Of a stretch of 64,000 nt of DNA, positions 51,567 to 62,300 are shown piece by piece. The notes beneath the pieces were generated by a model. The model saw nothing but the letters and a program-made list of their open reading frames with translations, was not told the origin of the DNA and did no database searches. The first letter of the stretch is position 1; every line of letters starts with the position of its first letter. This DNA comes from Dicyema japonicum (lineage: Eukaryota > Animalia > Dicyemida): contig RDEW01000002.1 in assembly GCA_011109175.1 (NCBI GenBank), positions 686,676 through 750,675 of the forward strand, written 5' to 3'. Made by a program: the position numbers and the translations under genes.

Positions 51567-52805
51567 CAGTCCGACCTCGATTTGGAACGGACCTCGGCTG
51601 GAACACCTCAGTTTTTGGAACAGTTTGTCGAATCTCTGCCAAAAATACTGAAAACTTCGATATGGAACTGAATTTATTACTATTTTTTATTTCTATTCAT
51701 TAAAAAATTAATTATTTTTAAATAAAAAAACTCTATACTTAATCGTATCAGTCTTAGTTATGAGAAAAAAGTTTCAATTGCTCGACTACTGAAAAATCAT
51801 TCAGACATAGTACTTGCTCGAAAATATGAATCGAAAATTGGCACAATAGGTCGAAAAAAACGATTATGCCGTACATAAGCCGTGGGAACATTATATCAAA
51901 TTTTCGAACTCAAACAAAAACTGACGATTTTTTTAAACTTTGGATAGTAAAGTTCTCGACACTTTTCAACAATTACGACTTCAAACTATTTAAATTTTTG
52001 ACCCTCTTATTAAAAAAATTGGTAATTTCGCTTTTTTTACATCTTAAGGTATGCTAATTGCATCTAAATTGAACTTTACAAGCTTTAAAGCATCGAATAG
52101 ATAGCTAATGAATTTAAAAAAAACACATGAACTCACTTCAAAATCCTTATGGGCAAGAAAAAACTCATGCAATCGTAATGGAATTCAATCATTTTTAAAT
52201 GTTTTCCATAAAAAAATTGTTGAATATGGAAAAAATAATATTTTCAACATTGATGAAACTTGTCTTTTTATTTAAAAAAGACCCCAAAAATCATTCGTAC
52301 AAAAAAATAAAAATTCGTCAGGGTCTAAAATAAATAAGGAAAAAATTTCTTTGCTCTTATGTTGTAGTTATTCAAGAAACTAATTTGATCCTTTATTTAA
52401 TTAAACATCAATATGTTTCAGAAATTTTAACCCAGAGGATTATGGTGCTATGTACTCGTCATCCAGAAATGCTTGAATGACTAGAGATACTTTTAATCAA
52501 TGGTTATTTTTGATAAATAAATGTATAATGGTATGCAAAATAAAAAGACGACAGTCAAAGAAGTAGTAAAAAAATTAATGAATTGGAAGAATCAGTTCTA
52601 GACATTGCTACAAGGTTTTTAAAAATTTTAACAGCTTCAGACAAAATTTATTCAGTAGTTTGAAGAATAACTAAGGATATAAAAATTTTAAGACTTTCTT
52701 GCATTGATTAAATTAATATTGATGTTAATTTTTTTGACAGAATTTCGGTTTTTGGAACAACCTCAGTTTTTAAAACACATTGTGTTCCAAATCGAGGTCC
52801 GACTG
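51567..52805 (+). mobile_element. pogo/Tigger-like DNA transposon with both TIRs and TA target duplication
   Basis: 22-bp TIRs CAGTCCGACCTCGATTTGGAAC and GTTCCAAATCGAGGTCCGACTG (1 mismatch), TA on both flanks; NIDETCLF, KEKISLLLCC, A*MTRDTF motifs in decayed frames. Confidence 0.9.
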
Positions 52806-52820
52806 TATTACTTAAAAAAA

Positions 52821-52860
52821 CTGTCTCCTGTGTAAGGTGGATCCGATAACGCCACTGAAA
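52821..52860 (-). repeat. Family B core fragment (copy 5)
   Basis: Reverse complement GTGGCGTTATCGGATCCACCTTACACAGGAGAC. Confidence 0.6.
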
Positions 52861-52997
52861 GGAAAGAGAGAAATCTAAAATCAAGTAGCCGAATCAGAAT
52901 ATTGAGAACAAGAATTTATTTTCTCCATTAACTCACTCAGGTAAGACTTTAAATAATTTCACCCCTTATTATTATAGGCACGTACGCGATGCCAAGA

Positions 52998-53940
52998 TCA
53001 TGACAAAGCATGTGCAACACGAAAAATTAACAATCTAATTAACGTCGCCCATCTTTTTCGATCCGTTGCCATGTTCCGTAGCACATCTAGATCGTCCCCA
53101 TCTTTAAGGCACTTTTCAATCCTCTTGAGATCTTCATCTAGAATAACCGGCATTGTGTCCTCGGCCGGCCGCGGAAACGAGAAGCTTCTAAAACAAAATA
53201 CTCCTCCATTGCTATGTTGGCAGGGGTCCCCATATTGGCATGTGTCCAAAGAGCCTCCATCTTGAATCAGTAATCTCACATGATATTTGCTTAGTTCCTG
53301 TTCTCTTGGATAAGATTTCGGACGGCATTTTGAAAAAGCTTCGGAAGAAAGGAGTGCTCGGAGATGATTTCTGTGAAAAGAATTCAACTTTTCGAGTTCC
53401 TGCCCTGTACATGCCCATGTACCGGCATTATATAATAGGATTGCCTCTCTAGGCATTGTATAGTCTCATTCGAGTTTTAGGATCAAGCCCTTTGTGCAGA
53501 AGCCAGGTCTTCTTCATTTTGTTGAAAGCAACATTAGTTAGTGTCTTCCTTCGTGTTATATCTTCGGTGTCACCGAGAAGGGATCCTAGTTTTTTTGATC
53601 TACGCCAGTTCTCCTCGGTCCTTTCCTTACTTCTTTTTAGCTCCGTAATTTCAGTTTTGTTTGTGTTTACTTTTAATAACCATTCAGCCATTTTATCTCG
53701 AATTTTCTCCAAAAGTGCAATTAACTCTTTGTTATTCGAAATAAAGTTAACGTCATCCGCATATGCTATTATGTTCGTTCCTTCTCCGATATGAAGCTTC
53801 AAGTCTCGTGGAGCTGCCTCCAGATAAATAATAAGCAAAATCAGGGATAATGGATTTCCTTGAGGGGTACCAATTGTAGTTTCAAATGTCTTCGATAAAG
53901 CTTACCCAGCCCTGACCATCCTAATCGTTGAGCCCTTTGC
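52998..53940 (-). mobile_element. RTE-clade LINE, RT C-terminal half
   Basis: GVPQGNPLSLILLII, AYADDV, KLGSLL, TRMRLYNA, LLYNAGTW, LNSFHRNHLR. Confidence 0.85.
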
Positions 53941-54099
53941 GTTCACTATTCTTTAATAGTGAACACCAAAATATTTAAATAAATGATATTATACATTTTT
54001 AAAAGTAATATTCATTTTATAGTTAATACATCAATGACAATTACTAATTTTTGTTATTGTGAATTGCATTAATATGGCATGTTCACCATAGAGAGAGTT

Positions 54100-54760
54100 G
54101 ACTATATATGCAAGTTTCTTCGTTCCACTGGTAATTTTTCTTTTGATTATTAGCAGAATAGGGTTATGATCACTTCGGGTGTCGTAGATGACGGACTAAT
54201 TAATTGTTGTTGAAAGCTGTGGTGAACAGAGTGTGATATCTGGGAGGTTGAAATGTCAGAGTTCCATTGAGGTGTTCCTGTGTTTGATGGGTCATTGATG
54301 ATTGTCAGATTGCCAGACTTCGACAGCAGCAAATTTCCTCTTGTATCTGCAAACTGATTTAACAGCCAGAGAGAGTATTTGGCATTCAAATCGCCGAATA
54401 TCACAACTTCGTTCCAACTCCCTAGTGCTGATAAGTCCGGCATAGTGTAATGTTTCGGACATGAGCATGGGTATACATGTTTACAAAATATAGTCTTCCG
54501 TTTGTTGTGCCAACAGATATTCCGATTATTTCCATGGTTTCATCACTTCCCAATAGTCTCTTCACTTCGATTGTATGTTCGTTATACTTTAGGTGTTTTC
54601 TGATTAATGCAAGTAGTCCTCCTCCACGTTTCTTAGTGCGATCGTCAGGGACGCACGATGTCAGCTTTTAGTTTAACAATCAGAGTTCTAAGTTCAATAA
54701 TTTTGCCTTTAATTCAGATCACGTTTAGTTGTATAACAGAGATCCGATCTTTTGACTTGT
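54100..54760 (-). mobile_element. LINE APE endonuclease fragment
   Basis: ISVIQLNV, VIFGDLNAKYSLW, broken SDHNPI. Confidence 0.7.
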
Positions 54761-54999
54761 GTAGATCACGAATCCGAGAAGCTGATACCAGACCAATAAT
54801 CCGTCGACCAGGGGCGACATGCACCACCGGTGTAAGAGAGCTAGTGACTCTTTTTCGAGATGCTTTAAGAGCATTCTGAGAGCCTCTATAATCGTTGTAT
54901 CCGGTGAACCACATGACTCCACGCTAAACAAATAAATTATATATACATTAGGGAACACAAAAAATGATTTTCCATTAATTTGGATATAATTTAAAAAAT

Positions 55000-55420
55000 T
55001 CCCAGCACAGCTTGAACCAGTGGGTCTTGATCGAGGAGATGGGAAGAGACCTGACGGGATGACCCTTTTCCCCTTCACGTCTGGAAGAGCTTTGGTCTGG
55101 GACGCAACTTGCATAGACACGTTCTCAAGCACGAACATTTTTAAATCGGTTCAGACACCTGGAGCAGCTGCTTCGACTGCGGAAAACCTAAAAATCAAGA
55201 AATATTCTTGCCTCGGGGATCGCTACCGATTTACTCCTGTTGCGACCGAATCATCGGGAGCCGTTGGTCCAATGACGGCTGAATTCTTGCAAGAACTCGG
55301 AGGTTTGCTTGCCAGAGAGAAAAGGGATCAACGAGAAGGGTTATGGCTAAGACAAAAGATAGGAATAGCCCTACTCTGAGGGAACTCGTTCGCAATCCAC
55401 GCAGCAGGCTTCCTCAACTG
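55000..55420 (+). mobile_element. CRE-like RLE 3' fragment
   Basis: LEPVGLDRGDGKRPDGMTLFPF..LVWDATCIDTF..KYSCL..PVATESSG..QKIGIALL*GNS. Confidence 0.85.
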
Positions 55421-55574
55421 ACATTTGTTTAATTGTTAAAAAAAATTTTTGATTTAAAAAATTAAATAATAAATTTTTTAATTAGAATTTTCCTCCCCGG
55501 TGGGCAAAATAAGAAAAGTTTATTTTCAATTCTATCCTTGCAAACCAAGTAATCATTTTTTATCTACCATAGCT

Positions 55575-56817
55575 ATGAATCAGATACTAAATGAACAGGA
55601 CTGCATTATTAAACTCAAAAAATGTTATGTCACCTATGACTTTACAAAAAACACCATGATGACGGAAAAGGAAAATAAAAGACATCTTCTCGAGGAACTC
55701 ATCGATTTTTGCGCTCAAAATAAGTCCTCTCCCATTGGGATTGACTTCATCTCAGCCTCTCTGACTATGATTCAGTCAAACATATTTCGAACTCTTCCAA
55801 AATACGAGTACTTTAACGGAATCGACATTGATCTTCCTGAGACTGCGAACGAACCAATGTGGTATCACCTGGAGGTAGTTTTGTACCTTCTAAAGCAGCT
55901 CGTTTACGAATACTTCCTTAATTTCCTGGATCTTTCCATACCCGAGACAGCCCTTAAAGCCAAGCCCTTCAAATGTCTTGCTAGGAGTGTCGTTTTGATG
56001 TTGGGTTCCAATGATTCGATGGAACGGAGCTACTTGGAGTTCATTCTGCACAAGATCTTCTCGAAGATCATCTCTCTGAGGACTTCCCTGTTTAAATACA
56101 TGTCGAACATGATTCTCTGGTAAAATTTAGTCGAACCAGGTTCCTGTACGACGGAGAAAACTTCAACGGGGTGCCGGAGCTCCTGACAGTCTTCCAGTCC
56201 ATAATTGAGGGGTTTAATGTCCCATTGAAACAGAAAAATGTCGAGTTACTGAAGAATATTATATTGCCGCTTCACAAAAGTAGGTGTTTGTACGCCTTTC
56301 ACGCTCGGGTTAAACTTGGTGTCATTGAAGCTGTCGCTGTGTACCTGTGAGTATGTGAGGAAGGACCCTGGCTTGTTTGAAGTAATTTTGAAGTATTTGA
56401 TAAAGATTTACCCCAGGAGGTGTTCTAGAAAAGGAGTTTGAAGGGGTTTTGGTAATTTAGGTTTTGATTATTGACGAAATTGCCCGCCTATTTCAAATTG
56501 TGAACGTGAGTCTTGTCGGCTTTGATTTGTGTCATAAGTTTGTTGAGTTTTTGGTACCTTTTTATGGGGATCTTTGCCATCAGGTTTTTGTGGAATTATT
56601 TGAGATTGCTGAGATGGTTCTTACTTTTCCACGTCATGAATGGATGCTAAATTTAATTCTTCGGTACCCTGATCTATTTCTTGATTCCTTGCTCCCTGTT
56701 CTTTATGAGTCTGCCCATAATCACTGGTCTCTTACTATTTGTTTGATGAGCTTCGATGTAATGAATTTTCTACATGGAATTTTTCCTGATATTTTCATGA
56801 AAAACCTGGCAAGTTGA
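55575..56817 (+). CDS. PPP2R5: PP2A regulatory subunit B' (B56), 6-exon model, 376 aa
   Basis: Introns 55875-55898, 56120-56139, 56309-56330, 56436-56460, 56584-56604 give an open 1131-nt frame with B56 motifs KLKKC..YDF, NIFRTLP, WYHLELVYEYF, ERSYL..ILHKI, NGVPELL, LPLHK, HQIAE, HWS. Confidence 0.9.
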
Positions 56818-57639
56818 TTTTTGGTTAAATTTAAGAATTATGAGTAGTTTATGATATTGTTTGTGCTTTCTAATAAATTTATTCATTTTGTTTTTGTGAT
56901 TCAAATCCGGTCAAAAAGGGATTGAGTTCACATTAGCTTGATTCAAAGAAAGTGGAAAAGATGTCCCCAATCAGCATCTCTACGGATATTTCAAGTGGAG
57001 ACCAACTCAGGTTGGTCTGAAAAAATGAAAAATCCTTTCCTATCGTCAACGTAACATTTTTGGAAACGATTTTTTCTTTTTTTACCCCCGCTTTCTTTGA
57101 GGGATTTAAGAATTTTCTCAGTCGAGGGATACCGTTTTTTGAAAGTAGTAGAGATACATGGAATGTCATTATTGTATGGAATATGAAAGGGGACTAATTC
57201 AAGGCAACAAAAGAAAATATCAATCGTCGATTAACTCTTTGGTTTTTATGTCTTTATCCTTAGAAGAGACAAAGACAAGAGTTAAGGTTCATAATAAAGC
57301 TCAAGGACTAGAGGTAGTCATCAGCATCTGACCAAAAGGTACCTTACCGACGAGGGTTACTTTTCTTGAATAGTTTATTTACCTTTAACTATTATAATTG
57401 TGGGATCTGAAACTGGAACAAATAGACCGCATGTTCTGTGAGGAATTAATAGTTAAATTTAATCCAAGACTTATAACGTCAACCAAGCTACGATAGGAAT
57501 ATCCTTGGGGATCCAATAAACATGGTTAATAGTTTCTTTTATTATGTGACTTGGGCCACGGGTACCTATTGGCAACTCGTTACATTAATTTTGAACTGAT
57601 TAACTTGAATTAATTTCATTATTGATTTATTAACTGAGG

Positions 57640-59400
57640 TTGTGACGTGCTTCTCTTGCACAAGATGTCTTCTTCGTGCATTCAATCTTCCCTGTTTCAC
57701 TATTGGATCATTCAATGTGAGAGGACAAACATCATACGTAAAAAGACAACACTTATGTGCGGACCTCCAACGATGTGGAATATTTGTATGCTGTCTCCAG
57801 GAAACTAAAGTCCCCAATGGCCTGGATGAAACAATGAACGGATATCGACTGCTCCTGTTGCCGTCAGACTGTCAACATTATGGGATGAGGTTCGCTATAC
57901 GCGTGGACACAGCTGTGCTGGCTTATAGAGCATGGAGTATCAACGACAGGATTGCCATTTTCCAACTACGCCTCGGAAACAACCGTAATACTATTCTATC
58001 GATTATCAATGTACATCACTGACCACATGGGGGTATCCGCCGACGCAGAAGAATTTGACAATTTATACTCGATCTTATCATCGGCTTACTCCTCCCTATC
58101 CAGCTCCTACATGGTCTTTATAGCGGGAGGCTAAAATTCAAAAGTGGAGAAAAAGTGGGACGAATCAAATTGCTTGGGCAGTCACGCTCAAAGGATCAGA
58201 AATCTGTCCGGGGAGGCCCTTATACATTTCTGCGAATCATTTAGATAATTCTTTTATAACACGGCATTCCGACATGCAGCGCGACATATTACGACAGAGG
58301 AGAGACTCTTGTGAAATCAAGTTCATATATTAAACCAAATCGACTACATCTATGCAGGAAACACATAAGAGGCTACTCACGGTCTCCCGAACGTACAGTG
58401 GCATGATGACCTCGAGTGATCACAGACTACTAGTCGCACGTCTCATTCTAAAGCGACGTTTGGAATTTCTGGAGCACTGGCAGCTCTTACAAGGAGCAGG
58501 ACCTTGGCCGTGGAGGCTCTATGTGCTTCCGACATACCGTAAAAAGTACGACAGAAAATATCGAACCTGTTGGAAAATGTCGACAGAATATGTCACCGGG
58601 CTGCTATGGAAGAATTTCTATCAGAGTCAGACAGGCTGCTGATGGTACTGGAAATCGCCCAAGGAGATTCAAGGGAACTTTTGACAAAGAAATAGAAAAA
58701 CTGTCAAAAAACCAAAGAAACTCCGACTCTTAATCGAGTCGTCAAACTCGACAAGCCAAATTGACTCTCTTAAAAGAGAACGCAACAGAATCAAATACAA
58801 AATAGAGAAGAGTGAGGGAACTAGCCCGACATACACTGGATAACTTGGCAAAAGACGTTGAATGGTACAAACCTCGTGCATGAATGTTTGCTGCGGTTAA
58901 ACAATTATCTCATAATACCAGACCGGAAAGAATCATAATTCTTGATGATACAGGAAAAGTGATAATCAACGGCCAGGAATCAGCAAATAAAATTGCCGCT
59001 TTCTACAAAAAACGACTAAATCTCAATAAACACTTGGAACCGTTCGAAGGAATTCTTAGAGACTTGAATCAAAGCATCATGAATTACGAAGTTGTTTCAG
59101 CCTTGGGTAAGCTCAAGAATGGCAGAGTTCCTGGACCGGACAACGTGAGTGCAGAATTATTGAAATACGCGCCAGACAGGGTGGCTGACTTAATCTGCAC
59201 AGTCCATTTATGCGGGGAATGGCACCTTGGTCCCAATTCAGAAACCTGGAAAGGAGAGAGGCAATCTAAACAGTCTACGCCCGATTACACTAATGAATAA
59301 GGAAAATACTCTCCCTTGTTGTGCTGGATCGTATTTCAGGCCCTGTAAATGAGTTCCTGAACCCAAGTCAAAGTGGATTCAGACCTGGAAGGTCGACGGC
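57640..59400 (+). mobile_element. RTE-clade LINE, APE plus RT N-terminus, 3'-truncated
   Basis: IGSFNVRG, CCLQETK, SSDHRLL, GKLKNGRVPGPDNVSAELLKY, PSQSGFRPGRSTAD. Confidence 0.85.
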
Positions 59401-59419
59401 AGACTAAGATTACTGATGA

Positions 59420-60170
59420 AAATATTTAAAGTAATGTTGTCATCCAAGCCCTTTTATTTTCATAGTACAATAATTTTCAAACTCAAGATTTTTAAACATC
59501 TAATTGTGGCCAATAAAAAAGGTTAATTTTAATGTTCTAGTTCATTAGCACAAAGAGCAATAGAGATCCTCACTTTTGATTGTTTATGCCTATTCTATCT
59601 TTAGATGAAATCGTTGTAGAAAGGAAAGATTGAATAAAAGTCCAGTTTCATCCATATTTAGAAATACATCAGGGTCAACTTCCTTTAACTTAGTCATATT
59701 TTGTCTTCAAATTAATTTCAACTTGTATTAAGCTGTTAGCTTCTTCGTGAATAACTTAGTTTAAGATTAAATCTTCCTTTAATCTGTGTAGCCAGCATAT
59801 CGAAATTCAAAAAAAAGGTTCATTTTTATTTCAAAAATATGGGATAATTCCTTGAGATTCATTTTTGATTTATTTTTTATTTTGGAAATCATTCATTTCT
59901 ATCAAATAAAAATTTCGTGGCACAGTAAGATTTTCTAACCATGTGGCACTGTAAGATTTTTGTTTAAAATGTAAATAAATTTAAATTTAAAATAAAAATT
60001 TAATAAATTAATCAGAAATTTTTAATAAATGTTTTTCGGATTGCAGAATATGAGGATTCGGTTTATTGAGCCTGTTTGTATGGAATCTTTGAAAAATTTT
60101 GCTAAATCATAAAAAAATTCATTATTGAAGTTTTCGGATTATTGAAGTTCTGATTAATAGGAGTTTACTG
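59420..60170 (-). mobile_element. pogo/Tigger-like transposon 5' half
   Basis: End TA-CAGTAAACTCCTATTAATCAGAAC on the minus strand; NMDETGL, RISIALCAN, RAWMT motifs. Confidence 0.8.
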
Positions 60171-60300
60171 TATATAAAAATAAGCAATCAGTAAAATATG
60201 GCTAAAATCGGTGTACGGAAACTTTCGTTTAACAACCCCCTTCAGAGTGCTGACAATATCTGTTCAGTCTTTGGGAAGAATGCAACGTGAAATTCTGAAA

Positions 60301-60570
60301 GGTTAATGTCGAAATCACTAATTGATCCATTACTGACCATCTTAAGTGTCTATCATCGATCTATTACTACATTTTCGACATCATCCATTTGTGTTTATAA
60401 TTGTAACTTTGATGTATTGATACATAATTAAAAACTTCGTAAATATCTATGTGATTTGATTAATGTCAAAATCACCAATTAATCCATTGCCGACCATCCT
60501 AAGTGGCTATCATCTATCTATTAATTACATTTTCGACATCATCCATGCTGCTTATAATTGTGACTTTGAA
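60301..60570. repeat. Two-copy diverged tandem repeat (~158-nt period)
   Basis: TTAATGTC.AAATCAC.AATT.ATCCATT..GACCATC.TAAGTG.CTATCATC..CATTTTCGACATCATCCAT occurs twice. Confidence 0.8.
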
Positions 60571-60584
60571 CTTCGTTTTCGAAA

Positions 60585-61460
60585 TCATCAAGAACGTTAT
60601 GACAAAAAGTCTTAGGAAACTTAATATAATTAAACCTCTTTTTTAAGTCCAGGCCGTCACAGGAATGCGCCCTCGTCGAGTTCAATTAACTCCCAAAACC
60701 GACGATTGAGTATGCTTGTGCCTCATGGGCCTTTTTTTTAATTAACCCCGGGTACACCGAGAAAGAAGTTAAAGTAAACAACTAATTAAGTGCATCCAGT
60801 TTCCACTTCTACAGAAACAGAGTCCATCCGGAATGAGCATAAAAGGTAAGACGTCCATTACATGCAGCTGTGGAAACCCCTCCAGTGGAGTGGGGAAGAG
60901 CAAATGATCCTTTTCGTGCCGGCCTGGCACTGGGCGTCACCTAGACAGGTGGATCACATGACGCCACTCTAATAGGAAGAGAGAGGACAAACAGACAAGC
61001 AAGCAGAAAACTTCAACCATTAACCACGCAGCACACAGCGCCACGCCGCTCGATCTCATGGGCCTATGGAGCTTCGATTTCAAATTCAATTAAGATCAAT
61101 TCCCTAATTGGCAAACTAGCACGTCCAACGAATCTACCCCCGATTTTTTCTCTCCAATGCTTGACCACGCCGCAATCAAAAATAATGGCTCCGGCTTCAT
61201 CGATCTGTGTGGCCAAGAAACAAGTCGTTTTTCCATTCAAGGCTAGTGGCTTCAAATACACGAAATTTGGGAAAAAAACCCACCCCTCTTCAAACTCTAA
61301 TGAAAGATGATCGTCGTCTATTCAGGAAAGCCGTGGGTACTCTGGAGGAACACAGGAAAAACCTCTCGATCCTGTTGAGGCGTACCGGAATCACTTAATT
61401 AGTTGGTTTACTCCTTTTTTCTTGGTGTTCCCTTTTCGGGGTTATTAAATAAATAAAATA
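60585..61460 (+). mobile_element. LINE 3' portion (family of 5800-8316) interrupted by a SINE
   Basis: 60585-60732 matches ~7800-7900; 61055-61460 matches ~7920-8316 including the tail. Confidence 0.85.
60733..61054 (-). mobile_element. SINE family A copy 5, full length with 11-bp TSD
   Basis: CTCATGGGCCT at 60722-60732 and 61055-61065; A-rich tail. Confidence 0.9.
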
Positions 61461-61929
61461 TGGTTCTAGTGGAATTAACACGTGAAGCAATTGAAAAATT
61501 TAATATTTTTAGTGAATCGGTACAAATCGATGATTTCATTGACTGGAGAGAAAAGAGAAAATCAAACGATATGCTAAATGTTTTAGTTTAGGAATCAGTA
61601 AAATTGTCAGAGTTGCGATTCTTTTATTGGGGAAGCTGAATCAAAACTAAAATACATTGAAGTTATATATTTGTTAATTTAAATTAAGCTAACATAATCT
61701 AAATCACTTTGGATGTGATAAATTATATAGTTTATTTTACCAAATTTGGTGCAAGACGTAGTGAAGTGAGTATCTAAAAGTGTTCAATGTTAGGCAAATT
61801 ATTAATTATAACAATTTTAGTCTAAACGAATGTTGCGAAACAGTAATTCTAAAAACCGATACATTCTAGATTTGAAAATTAAGGCGATATTCGACACAAA
61901 ATGAAAATTATTCCTGGGTAATTATTTTG

Positions 61930-62300
61930 CAGCATAATTAACAGATTTTTGTTTTAATTGACGCTTTTTCAAAATTTGGTGTGGTAGAAAGTGCCGTTAG
62001 CGAATCTGCTAATGAGATTTTCCGAATCCTGAATGGAATTTTTTGCATAATTAGATCTCCAATTTTTGCATATGGAACAACTTTGCAAAAAATACAATAT
62101 TTCCCACGTTTCGGGACGACCACGAGCTCATGGATAGTGAGTGACAGATCGAAAGGTTTTTTTTGGTTTAATGTCAATAGATTTAATTATCAATAAAAAT
62201 TGGATCTCATCGATGATTGCATAGAAAGGAAATTTTGGATGCTATATCAATTTGATAAAAGACATGTTCGCGATTATAACTATGCTATCCAAATACAACA
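61930..62300 (+). mobile_element. rve-type integrase remnant (Ginger/KRBA2-like)
   Basis: IDAFSKF..SANEIFRIL..IF and, after a frameshift, LCKKYNISHVSGRPR. Confidence 0.6.
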
